Positions 12,101 to 26,100 of a stretch of DNA of 64,000 bases are shown here, piece by piece (the first letter of the stretch is position 1; each line of letters begins with the position of its first letter). Origin of the DNA: Octopus sinensis. Its lineage: Eukaryota. The stretch spans positions 88,970,001 through 89,034,000 of the forward strand of contig NC_043004.1 of NCBI RefSeq assembly GCF_006345805.1, in the 5' to 3' direction. The notes under the pieces were generated by a model. It was given only the letters and a program-made list of their open reading frames with translations, had not been told where the DNA came from and searched no databases. Position numbers and translations under genes: made by a program.

Positions 12101-15100
12101 TTGTCGAACATGTTGACAATTCTTCCACAGCCACCTCCTTACATAATATACATACATATATATAGGCACAAAGGTGCAGACAGAATGAAGAACAAAGAGG
12201 GTACAGAAAAAAGAGACAGAAAAGAAAAAGCAAGAATGAGACAGATGGGGGGGGGTATAAGTAGTTAGAGTAAGACGTCAGTAAAGAGAGAGAGAGAGAG
12301 AAAGATAAGAATCAAAGAAAGGAGTGTTGATATAGAGAAACAGAAAGAAAAAGAGAAAGGGAATGGTTTCTCTACAAGTTATAGCTATGGAATTCAAAGA
12401 AAGAAATCAAGACATATCTATGAAATCTAAAGATGTATTTAGTAAAATAGGTAATGAAAATAAAATGAATGTTAATAATAATGATGATAAAAAGGAATGT
12501 TAATAGTATTGTGTACAGCTATTTCCACACAGATACATGCTATCAGTTGTCTTCTTTTATGAACCCAATATGGCATCACGTTTTGAGTGAAAATGTTAGA
12601 AAATGATATGCATTGAAAAAAAAAAAACAAAAAACAAAAAAATTTTTAAAAGGAAAGCTGAACAGAAACTAAATTCTTTTAATGACATGGTGTGATATAT
12701 GTTTATTGTTAAATCAGCAGGGGCAGGGGCGGTTGGATTCTTGTGATGAAGTTCATTGTTATTTTTACTTTAAAAAATATTGTTCAGAAATCTATACTAA
12801 AAAAGTCAATATATTTACATGGTTCATGGTATACTCATAGAGACACTAAGTAAAAGTTATCGGTTATTGGTTACAGTTAAGATATTACTAATCAAACAAA
12901 TAGGATGATATCTACAATGACTCAGAAATTTTTACATCTCAACACGCATACACACGCAAGTGAGAGCTATTGGTAAATTGAATAAATTTACATAATTTAT
13001 ATACATACATGCTTAAATTAACTGATTACAACTGTTTCAATTAATCAATATAACTGATTGTAGAAAGGCATAGCTGGTGCATGGTTCCAGCACCACAGAA
13101 TAGATCTCATAGTCATGAAGAGGAAAACTCCATTAAATTATAGCATTTCTGTTGTTAAGGCAATTTATTGTTTGTCCCAGTTTACTGCCTTGTCATACAT
13201 TTAGATTATGAGGTCAACAATAGGATCAATAACCAACCAGCTTATATTAAGGCTGCTGTTGTTCTAACAGTAGGCAAATGTCTAATGCAAATAGGCTGCT
13301 GTGGAAAACTAAATATAAAACTGGATGTAAAAAATAACCATGATCAATATTTAAAAATACATGGAGTCTTAGAACTAGAGAGGAAATGGTAAGCTATGAA
13401 CAATGATGCATTACTCAAATGCTTGAAACTATTCCAGCCAAGGATTTAAGCCGTTCCACAGCATTTCTGATGAAATTAATAGTCAACAATGGTTTACCAT
13501 ATTGACATAGAACTAGAGAATGAAAACGGTATGTCATGACCAGCAAATCTTTGTGCTCCATCATGGCATGAAACACAAAAGAAGCAGAGAATCTAAAATA
13601 GTAATGAGAGAGTAGTAAAATTTTACCATGGCACCACTATGCTACAATTATAAATAAATTGGTAAATAATTGAAAGTGAAGTCTTCACAAAGCAGAAGCT
13701 CATTAAGTAATTACATCACACCAAAACTCAGGTGATTAGGGTGAAATGACAATTTCTTCACCTGTGACATTAGACAATCTTGAAATTATCTTTTTAGTGG
13801 TAGATAATAAATTGCCTGATGCCAGAGGAATTGACCTATTCAGAATTAAGAGTCCAACCCATGAACACCACTAAGTGCTTGTAGAGGATTTGAACTCAAC
13901 ACACATGATTTTGTAGGTTACCACTTTACTCTTTAGGCCATCTGTCTCTCACAAACATAAATATTTTTATTTTTGCTTTTGTAATTTAATTTACTGAAAT
14001 TTTTTTACAGCATGGTTGTGAATGAATCAGACTGAATAATATGGCATAAAGCATGGGAGAATTAACGTGTGTGTGGTGTGTGTGTGTGTGTGTGTGTTCA
14101 AGTGGAAATATACAAAAATAAATTAAGGTAAAATAACCACTAGCAGAGTTTTCCTTTTAGTTTTTGCATGAGAAAAAATGTGCATGTCTGTGTGCATACA
14201 TGCTTAACTTAAAAACTGATTAAAAAAAAAAAACGAAAAAAAATAAAATTCCAAAAATTACCTAAGTATTTGATAAGCATAATTAAAATGCAAAAAAAAA
14301 ATATACAAAAAAAAAGATTTAAAAAAAAAAAAGAAAAATTTTGGAAACCCATTGCAAGAAAACAGTCAACAAATCTTGAAAATAAAGGAATGGTGAAGTT
14401 TCAGGTGGGGAAATAAATAAATGAAGCAGATATACTGACAAGCAAGAATATCACAAAGGTGTAAATGGAATATTAACACGATTACAAAGGTCAGAGGACA
14501 GGTTTCTTTTTTTTTCTGCATCTCATATATTTTTCTAAAAGAATGGTGAAAGAGAATTTGAGGAGTAAATAAAAAAAAAAGCTTGGGTTAGGATTATTGT
14601 CTATGTAGATCTATTAGGAATTAATTCTCCTGTTAAGCTTCTTTAGGATTAATAATTTTCACTCTTGTTATTTTTCTAGTTGCTTGTTTGGATGCTTTTT
14701 TTTCTGTGCATGTTCTCTAAGGAAAAACAAAACAAAAACAAAATAAAAGCATTCAGGTTTCACATTCCTATAGTATACGAACCTGCTCCAAACCGTTTTT
14801 TCACCAATGACAGCCGATAACCTAAACCAACAAGTTCAAATTCAAGACCAGATAGTGTGGCCCCTTCAGCAATGAAATGCAAGGCAGTAGGTGAAGGGGT
14901 GCTAGGTCCGTTACTGGTTTCGAATTTTGCACGGATGTTCCCTTGGGTGCCATTTTCACTCATTTCGGAAATATCATCCAACTTCCATGTAGCCCGCTTT
15001 TCCTCGGCATTCCTGGTGGAACAGAGAAGTGGAATAAACTAAAACTCAAAATGAAGACTGTATTGAAGTACAATATGGCATGTGGAAACTGTTAATGTTG

Positions 15101-18100
15101 TACATGTATATGAGCTTGCAGATCGAATGTTATAGACAGCACACATACACCATCATCATCATTTAATGTCCAGGTTCCATGCTGGCATGGGTTAGATGGA
15201 TCCAAGGGCTGCATCATACCCCAGTGTCTGCTTTGGCAGGGGTTCTATGACTGGATGACCTTCTTAACACCATATATGAATAACTATAGATATATACTTG
15301 TTTGAGAGCAAGTGTGTGTGAACATATGCAAATATTTATACAAATGTATATACATGTACATGTTTGTGAACAAAATTGTATATACAAGCATGGAAGAATA
15401 TTGAATATCTATATCAACATGTTTGCTTGTGCGTGTGTGTGTGTTTTGCTTCAAACAAACAGACAAACTATAAAGCTCTGAAGATATTCTAACTCAATAC
15501 TGTACCAGTTTCCACTAGGGATACTTTGCATGTTGGCCACATCTCCATTGACTGGAACTGTTACTTGGATGTTCTTTAGAGCGACAGGCTTTGACATTGA
15601 ACAAGGGTTATACTTATAATCCAGTCGGAAGTTGGTAACTGTTGAAGTGCACTTCCAGTAGACTACCAAAGGCAGAGGTGTGTTGTCTACACCAGGCATT
15701 GGTTTTACCTGGAAAAAAAAAATACATTTAGAAACAAAATAATAATATCTCTACCAAAAGCAAACAACAGTGGCAGCATTTTTGTCTTTGAATCAATGTT
15801 CTTGTTGTGTTGTGATCTGAGATTTAATAACAATAAACTAGCAAGGGAACAAACCAAGTCAACACAATAGGCACTATGCAGTTGTTTGATCTGCAAGAAA
15901 TAGCTGCTGAATCCATCTCAAATCAAATCACATTTGACCATCTTAAATCATTCAGGATATATTGAATAGTGTGGTCAAAGATGCATGATACTTGAATACA
16001 AGATGGAATGGCTACAACTGGAATGCCTTTCATCAGAGACCTGCTTAAAACAACAACCAGCAATGGAACTTATATGTCAGTGCTATCTGTTGATGTAGTA
16101 GCCAAATATCTTAATTGATTCCTAAAAGTCTTTTATAACAGAATAACATAAGTCAAGCCAACATGAAATTTTGACGAAAGGTTTTGAGTTTGTACCATAG
16201 GACCTGAGGTGGCCACAGGCAGGATAGCATCAAAGACGTGTGGAAAGAGGATGTAAATAAATGTTTTTGGAACTGAATGTCTTTTGAAATCCAGCCACTG
16301 AACATCAGAGTAGTAGAGGAAGCTGTTTCTTATGTAGATAACATGAAATAAAATAAGCTTTCTGGTGTAACACCACTATATGGCCAAAAAGTGCCTTTAG
16401 GGGCATCTACAATATTATAATCATTCAGGTTCGGCCAATGGTTCAAAAGTAATTTACTCAATTCTGTCTATCTTTTTTAGGGAAGGACTCCCGAAAAAGA
16501 CCAATGAGTTCTATCTTCTTCATATGACTTAGCTATAAAAAGCAAAAAGCACAAAATGTCATATCTGAAGATCTACCTGGCTAACAATAAAATTATATAC
16601 TAACTGTGATATCTGACAACAAATTTTATGGGAAGATAGAATTGATAACAAAATCCACTCTAGTATTTTTCCTGTCACTTATTTTCGTTAATTAAATCTA
16701 ACCCAGTACTTTTCCAATATTTTTTTCTTTTTGTAGTCAATTAAATCCATCCCATAATTTACAGATACATCAACTCCAAGAAGATGAAAAGGAAGCTCAA
16801 CATCAGAAGAATATAAAGGAGTGTAACTAAATACATCAAAGTCTGTTTGGCATTCAATTATACTACCAACTTAACTATAACAAAAATAATTGATATGTAC
16901 ATATATAATGTACACCAAGACATGTGAAACAAAATTTAAAAGTACTGCATTTTGTTTCTTTTTAGATGATTCATATAATAAAAATTATATCTTTTGTATT
17001 ACAAATATACATAAGAGAAAAGTGTAAGTGGAAAATCAAGTTTATCTACCTGATATTTCAGTATATCAACATTGAAATACGATGCTGACTTATTGATCTC
17101 TCCTTGAGCACGAAGGTGTTCTGTTAGAGCAGTCATATCAAATATATATATCGAACTATTGGTTGTGCTCTGTTGGGTGTCCCTGAAAAAACCAAGTGAT
17201 ATAAACAAAAAAAAAAGAGAGTTAAAGGTGTTCAGAGGTTCATGATTTAAAGAGTAAAATAAATCCAATTAAAGTGGTTAAGGAAATGAAGAATAAATGC
17301 TAAGAATGGATCCAAGTAACTGAAGAAAGCCCAAGGAGATAGGCATGGCAGCTGAAACTAGGTCAAAGTAGCTGGTGGAACCTTTCCACAAGCAAAGGCT
17401 AATTAGGTGGCGAGCTGGCAGAAACGTTAGCATGCCGGGCAAAATGCTTAGCGGTATTTCGTCTGCCGCTACATTCTGAGTTCAAATTCCATCGAGGTCG
17501 ACTTTGCCTTTCATCCTTTCGAGGTCACTAAATTAAGTACCAGTTACACACTGGGATCGATATAATCAACTTAATCCCTTTGTCTGTCCTTGTTTGTCCC
17601 CTCTATGTTTAGCCCCTTGAGGGCAATAAAGAAACAAGCAAAGGCTAATTCACTCTTTGCTGTTCCACTCAGGTGAAGTGTACAGGCTAAGGGGGTGAAA
17701 TGCTTGTGACCCTCTCTCAGATAGTGGCAAAGTATCACCAATGTTTATTACACCAGTTTTTGACTGAAATGCATTCAGCTGATGAGCAGCACCCAATCAA
17801 GACTGCTATGCATATAACCAATACTAGTACTTCCTAGGTATGCCTCTCCTCATCACTCACATAACCAAAATCCTAAAACCATTTACGAGAAAAGTTTACT
17901 GCTTACAAAACCTTCTCTCATCAATCTAAAGGGATTTATCCCCATCTCATTATCATCATCAAATGTCTATTTCCATGCTGGCATGGGTTGGACAGTTTGA
18001 CAAGAGTTGGTAAAGCCAGGGGTCACACTAGGCTCCATTGTCTGTTCTGACATGGTTTTTATGGCCAGATGCCCTTCCTAACACCAGCCACTTTACAAAG

Positions 18101-19786
18101 TCTGCTACGTGCTTTTAACATGGTACCAGCACCAGTGATCTTTACATGGCACCATCACTAGTATCAGTTCTGTTGTGGTGGACCGATCCCCTTGAAAACA
18201 ACAAGGTGCCAGACATCTCAGTCGTTTTTTATCTCTTCTATGGCATTTAAAAATAAATCATTAAAATAAGCAAAAGAAAATGACAGTATTACATATTTGG
18301 ATTTTTATACATATATTTGTCACGATATGTCAGAGGTAATCCAACCACAAAACTTTAAGTAACATTAGGAGCTAAGTTAAACTATTATTCAATAAATGAC
18401 CTATTGAGTCAAATACATCAAAATTATTGCAGTTGTGATCCCCATGCCAGTGGCACATAAAAAGCACCATCCGAATGTGGCCGATGCCAGCGCCGCCTTG
18501 TCTGGCTTCCGTGTCAGTGGTATGTAAAAATCCCCAACCGATCGTGGTCATTGCCAGCCTGTTCTGGTCCCTGTGCTGGCAGCACATAAAAAGCACCCAT
18601 TACACTCTTGGAGTGGTTGGCATTAGGAAGGGCATCCAGCAGTAGAAACACTGCCAGATCAGACTGGAGCCTGGTGCAGCCTCATGGCTTCCCAGACCCC
18701 AGTCGAACCATTCAACCCATGCCAGCATGGAAAACGAATGTTAAACGAACATTAAACGATGATGATGCAGCTCTAACTATGCATTGAGAGTAACTGCCAT
18801 TCATTTATTCGCTTACACCTCACCATTTTAAAGTCCACTTTTCCATGGGCTAAGCAGAAATTATTGAGGCAGATTTTCTATGGTCACAGGCAATTCCTAC
18901 TGCCAATCCATATCTGTTTCCAAGCAAGGTAATATTTCCCCCATGGTCAGACATGATTTTTTGCAGAATATTGGAAATGGATGACATCCATTTACAACAA
19001 TCTTGCAATATCAAGACAAGGAAGGCAGCAAGCTGGCAGAAACATTAGCACGCCGGGCGAAAGGCTTAGCAGTATTTCGTCTATCTTTATGTTCCGAGTC
19101 CAAATTCTGCCGAGGTTGACTTTGCCTTTCATCCTTTCAAGGTCGATAAATTAAGTACCAGTTGTGTACTGGGGTCGATCTAATTGACTGGCCCCTCCCC
19201 CAAAATTTCTGGCTTTGTGCCTAGAGGAGTAAAGAATATCAAGACAAGGAGACGTTCAGCTTTAATACAAATGCTGATTATTCAAGGCCAAAATACAGAG
19301 AAGTGGTAAGTAAAGTAAGACAAGTACTTACTGAGATATGAGTTGGGAATTGATTCTGATGCTATCTAGACGTGTTGTACCATTCAAACGAAAACTTAAC
19401 ATGGAGGGAGATGGGTTTTCTATCAACACTTTAATGATACCTGCAGGAAACGACATCATCAAATTTCCAGACAAAGTCACCGTACACCTGAAAGTAAAGG
19501 TAAACAAAAATATGTGATTTGGATATGCTAAAGAAATATATTAAGTGTGTATGTCTGTGTGTATGTTCTTTTTATTGTTTTACTTGTTTCAGGCATTAGA
19601 CTGTGGCCATGCTGGGGTGCTGCCTTGAAGAATTTTAATCGAATGAATCAATCCCAGTGTTATTTTTCTGATGCCAGGTACTTATTCTATCAGTTTCTTT
19701 TGCTGAACTACTACGTTACAGCAATATAAACAGAATAACACCAGTTTTCAAGCAGTGCTGGGAGACAAACAAAAATATACACACTT

Positions 19787-19827
<41 letters not shown>

Positions 19828-19828
19828 C

Positions 19829-19859
<31 letters not shown>

Positions 19860-20048
19860 ATATACACACAATGGGCTTCTTTCAGTTTCCACCTACCAAA
19901 TCTACTCACAAGGCTTTGGTTGGCCCAAGGCTAGAAAAGACACTTGCCCAAAATGCTACACAGTAGGATTGAGTCCAGCACCATGGGGTTGCAAAGCAAG
20001 CTTCTTACCACACAGCCACTCCTGCACCTATATATATGTGTGCGTGCG

Positions 20049-20095
<47 letters not shown>

Positions 20096-20103
20096 ATATA
20101 TAT

Positions 20104-20163
<60 letters not shown>

Positions 20164-23100
20164 CATATATATATTATATATATATATATATATATATCTG
20201 TTTGTTAGCCACATTTAGGTAGCAAATATACTTCACGATGTTGTGCAGCTACTGTTTATACCTCACTCAGAGATATATTTTTGCTTATTTCCACTTTTTC
20301 GAGATAAGCGACTTTTCATCACTGAAAAAAGTATATATATATATATCTGCATTGGGAACCACTTCACATTGCCAGCTGGTGGTTGTCATACGCTGGTGAC
20401 GGATCAATACCCAGAAACTCAGGTCTGTGTGTATCACGTCAGGCTGGAGATGGGAAAGATGACTGATAGGGCACAGAAAGTGTATCAATAGCCAGTTGGA
20501 GGAGATGTCTTCCTGGGACTACAAGCTATAGTAGAATCAACCCTTATGGGTTAGCCACATTTAGGTGGCAAATATACTTCACGATTTTTAATAATGTTTT
20601 TGCATTAAAAAGTAAAAAAGTATCTGTACCGATATTGTTTTTATTAAGCTACAAGTAGCACTGGAGAAAATCCACGCACTCATGAAAGCATGGCAAATAG
20701 GCATTAAAATGATGGTGATGGTTAAATGTATATAATTTACATCAGGCTTCTTTCAGTTTCTATCCACCAAATATCCACACCCAAAGCTTTAATTGGATTG
20801 GAGATATAGTAGAAAGCTCTCATCCAAGATGCTGTGCAGTGGGACTGAACCCAAGCCCGTTAACCACACAGCCATGCCTGCACACACCACACAGCTATGT
20901 CAAGTCTCTAATAATATTGGGGAGATAATATAAATTAGTTACTAATAATCAATCAATTCAATATGTCACTATTCAAGTACATCTACCTTAGTAACTGCAA
21001 TGTAATCCATAGTAAAATAGGTTAAGTTGCACTATTTATAGATATTGCATAAGCACTATGATCTGAGGATCAACAGAATTGTACTGTAATGCAAAGAAAA
21101 CAGAGTTGCAAGTATTCAACCATGAACTGCCTGTGTCAGTGAAAGCGAGAGACGGTAAGTCGCTGAAGGTAGTTGAAAACTTCAAATATCTTGGTGCGTG
21201 GACACAAAGTATTGAAAAAGAAATTGTAGCAAGGAAAGCTCTTGCCTGGAGCTCATGCTATAAATTGAGAAAAGTATGGAGTTCAAAGTTAGCAAAGAAA
21301 TTGAAAGTGAGGTTGTTTCTGGCAACAGTGGAGTCTGTTCTTCTATACGGGGCTGAAACATGTAAGCTCACTAAAGCATTGAAGAAGCAGTTGGGCGTTT
21401 GTTATACGAAGGTGCTTAGAATGGCACTCAATGTCTCCTGGAAGAGTCACACAACAAACGCTGATTTATACCAGGGACTACCAAAAGTAACATTGAAAAT
21501 ACAGCATAGAAGGATGAGGTTAGCTGGACACTGCATCAGACACACCAATGAAATTGCTAACAAGCTAGTGCTCTGGTAACCAACGGAAGGAAGAATCAGG
21601 AGGGGAAGGAAGAAGACGACCTGTATTGACAACTTGCTGCAGGATACTAGTATGGAAAGGGTATAGGAGCTGAGGACCACTATAGAAGATCAAGATGAAT
21701 GGGGAAAATGTGTGGAAATAGTCTTGGGGCATCCTGTGGGACGAACTAGGGAGAGAGATAGTTTATCAATTCAGAAAGAAGAAAACATCTGAGTACTTAC
21801 TTGGTAGCATCTGTTCCTTTGAAAAAGGCATTTATATTTTCTGTAAAGGCCACTGCCATGGGAACAGTATCTGCCATACCAAGTGTTAGAGGACTGGAAC
21901 CACGAGATGATCCGAGTGACGCTGTAGTTGTGAACATGGAACCTGTGCTATCAGGAGGTGAGATCAGAGTTGCAGGGCTTGTCCGTCCAGGACGTAAAGG
22001 AATCTGACAGAAAACAAAGAAATATTTTAAAATCGTTAAAAAAAAAATTTTAAGGACAAAATGAACTTTAAAAAATCCTTTCGCAGCATCAAACTTTAAA
22101 TATTGCAACATTTAATAAGAAAACTGAAACAGTCAACAGTCAAATAATTGCATAAACAGTTATTAAATTTTATCAGAATTAGGGATGTTCAGATGATGAT
22201 GATAATGTTGGTAATAATATCGATAAAAGTTTAGCCATCATTAAGACAACCATGACAAGAATAGCAACAACAATGTAATGATGACAATAGGGATATGAGG
22301 TGTGTGTAGGGGATTATGGTAGGGTTCACTCATGATATAAAGTAATTTAAATTGTCTATTGGAAGATGTAAGATAGTTTAAATTGTCTATTGGAAAAACA
22401 ATAAAGAAGATATCAATTGAAGTGACTAAAATTATAATAAGTATAATATAGTTATATATGTTTGTTTTAAAGTTACAAGACAGGACTGAATAGAAAGGGG
22501 ACAACAAAAAGCAATATCAAGTAACTAAAAGAGAAACCAAGTGTCAGTTATACTTAGCAAGGAGAGAAGATGCTCTGTGATACACATATCAGAGACTTGG
22601 GCTGTTTTGGATGGCAAGGCATTGTACAAGAAAAAAATCAAACTGGTGTCGGGGAGAAGTGCGTATAGAATGATAATGGCACATTTGTTTTTACTGACAC
22701 CAAAATGAAAGTATCAAGGAAGTGATATTACATGAGGTTGAATGAGGAGGATGCAGAAAAGAGAGAGACTTAAAAAGGAACCAGCCATTGAAATTGACAG
22801 TGGCACGATAACAAAGGCAATGAAGGATATGAAGGCATGGAAGTGGGCTGAACCATCAGGTATTGTCCCTGAAATGATTAAAATACCTGGTGAAGTAGGT
22901 CATGTGTCACTCATATAATTAGTCAGGTAGTAGAAGGGAAGGGGTCATATCTAATGACCGATATAGTAGCATCATCAAAAACGGCTACAAAGGAGGTGCA
23001 CTAGACAAAGACAATGAACTACAGAGACATCAACTTGAACACTGGCTTGTGAAGGTTATAGGAAGGGTTACAGCATGATTGATGAGAAAGAGAATTAGCT

Positions 23101-26100
23101 TAGATAAGATGTAGTTTGGCTTTGTGCTAGAAAGAGGAACTACTAATACCCTTTTCTTAATGAAACAACAGCAGGAAAAATACTTAAGAGTGAACTTTTA
23201 CATGTGGCATTTGTTGACCTGGAGAAAGCAACTGACAAGGTTTGAAATTCTACAATCTGATGGTCACTAAGAAAACTAAAAGTAGACAAATAGCTTATGA
23301 GGGCTTTTTAAACCGTGTACAGAGGTGAAGCCAGCAAGGTCAGAGTGAGCAATGAGTTTAGTGGTTAATTTAGCCTGTTCAGACTCAACAGGATTCGGTT
23401 CTTAAACCCCAATCATGTTCAATATAGTCCTCAAAGCTGAGACAATTTTGAATTTAAGCCTGCCTGTCCATGGGAATGCCTACAAATTCAGCTATAAGAA
23501 CCAGGTCATCAGTATACAAAATATTTAGAAGTTCAAACATGGAAACAAAATCTAGAATCAGAGACTTCAAAGTAAGGTCAGTAAAGGCTCAAGTTTTTGA
23601 GAAGAAAACAAGACCCTGCTTACCATAAGGGAAATAACCAAACTCAACTTAGAGAAAGAAACATGTAGGAATTCCAGATGGAATTGTGTATCTATACGGA
23701 TATACAAAAGGAGTGGTAGGTGGGATCACAAGACATTTAGCAAAGAGAGTAGACTTCATAAGAAGTAAATGGTAGGAAAAACTCCCTAGAAATAGCTAAT
23801 TGCTTTCATTACCTAAGTGACCTAAGTAGCAGTGGCGGTGGCTGGTCTGAAAGCATAGTAACCAGAGGAAGAATAGATGAGGTTAAGTTCAGAAAGTTAT
23901 TATTACTGTTGGTGGTAGCATAGGGTTTCACTTGCACAATAAAAAGCAGCTTATATGATGCTTGTATTCAGGGTGTGATACTGCATGGTAGCAAGACAAG
24001 GGCACTGAATGTAAAGTATTTATAACAACTGGAAATAATGAAGTAAAAGCGCTCCATGAGATGTGTAATGTTAGTGTATGGAACAAACTGGATTTAAGAA
24101 GAATTAGTCGCTGTGTGCAAGAGAAAAGACTGTGCTGATACAGATGGAGAATGTCAGATGTATAAAGAATTTCCATTGCTTGAAGTGGATGGAAGTTGTA
24201 GAAGAGGGAGACCAAGAAGGCATGGCATGAAATGGTGGACATTGATTTCAAGAAACAATCTCATGAAAGAAATTACAAAGATTGTCAATGAAGTGGTATG
24301 GGAGAAGATCCACCCACTCATGAAAGCAGGACAAACGTCCATAAAAATGATGGTGATGCTGGAATATTAACATCTGAGTCTCTCACCTATCATGTTCTTG
24401 TTAGTGATGACGATGAAAGCCAATCTACGTCAAGATATCAAATGCATGAACAATGAAGTGATGTGCACATTAGCCTCAGTGTGTCGCAAAGCAAAGATGT
24501 ACCCTACTAATTTATGACTTACCTGATTAAAAGCAAACCAACTTGGAGAGGAGGGTACAGACTGAGGACGGTAGCTTTGAGATTTAGGACTGTCAGTAAA
24601 ACTGGTAGTTGAGCAGGGATCGAAACAGTCAATCTGAGGCAGAGATGACCGACTGCGGTTGTATTTTGGAAGAGATGGTGGAGGCTGGATGGGACAGTAA
24701 AAGAAGCTAAGAGGAGAGTCAATCAAGCTAGGAGAGGAACTGAAGTAATCAGAACTACTCACCTGTGGTAAAGGAGTTTTAGTGCGTGAAGGAGGTCTAG
24801 GAGGATGAGGAAAGGTAGTATGTGGGGCAGCAGTAGTCCCCAGACTAACTGGAGATGTGGTTTGACTAGAAGTGCCAACTACTTTGGTATTAGGGGGTAA
24901 GGGTAATGCACATAGATCTTGATTAGGTTGGCTAGTAATGGCTGCATCACTGGCATCTGTAAATACAGCAGACAAGAATAAAAATGACGTTTGAATATGG
25001 AATTTCTCAGCAACAAAACAAAAGTGAAGAAATAATTTAGTCCTGATACACAGTGAAAAATAGGAGAAGATGCTCAAGGCTAGGATGCCTTTAGGTTTAT
25101 ATTGTTAGGGCTGAGTTGAGACTAATCAACAACAAGGTAGTTTCTATGCAATCATTTGACTTGAGAGAAATGGAAATGTAATCTCCCTCAATTCCCTAGA
25201 TTTTTTTTTAAAAAAAAGAACATTCTATAATATATTTATAGATTTGCTATGAAAAAAAAAAAAAAACTTGGTGGTCACAACTGGAAATACTACAGCTACA
25301 TAAATCAGAACAACAAAATTCATCTCATTTGCAAATAGTAAAACAAAGAAATAAACTCTGACATTCCACCTCAAGTAATGAGAAACAATAGAATGATGGG
25401 AAATTTTTAATATAAGCTTCAATTGTTGAGAACAATTCTCTTGAAGGAAGGAAATTGACAGTTGGCAGACATATATACCAGTTCCTTTGCATATATATTT
25501 GTGGCCTTCGTCATTGGACTAGAAACAATTATTATTATTTATTGGATAACATCTTTCCCTATCTCCTCCACATGTTTTTATAAAATCTACCCACTCTGAG
25601 TTTTAACATTTCTTGTATACAATACAATTACTTTACTTTATGCAAAGGAAAGGTGTTAATGAAGCGTTTTTCATACTTTGGCCACTGCTTCAAAGTCAGA
25701 CCAGGACATAAAATCAAGGAAAACTACACTTTTTTTGTGAAACATCAAGGTAGTGTGTACACAGAGATTCTGGCATGGTTGGTGAAATCAAACAGCATAT
25801 CTAAATTCAGCTAGAAAAAAAATGCTTCAGAACACTTGTCTATTTAACAGACACATTTTCCATCCTCAAATTCTGTAGACTTGTGGAATAATATGTTGAT
25901 GGGGATTATGAAAACTTACTAGAACTTGAAAGAGTTGTTGTTGAACCACTGTCTGATGTTTGGAGTGTTACATCTGTCTGTGAAGATGGGGCAAATGGTG
26001 ATTGCATATTGTAATTGTTTCCACCAGTTGGCGTAGAAGCAGCACTTGTGTTAAATAAATCCAGTTTCAAAAGATCATGACTGGGTTTCCCAGGGCTACA

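Noticed and set aside
13735-13762. Possible alternative last exon GEEIVISP* (..gtcacag|GT GAA)
   Set aside because: Weak pyrimidine tract, and it loses the conserved GKY; the 9070-9113 exon fits much better.
14857-15042. Plus-strand ORFs at 14857 and 21801, and minus-strand ORFs at 60770, 61306 and 61999
   Set aside because: They are antisense shadows of real FCHo exons or of the RTE ORF.
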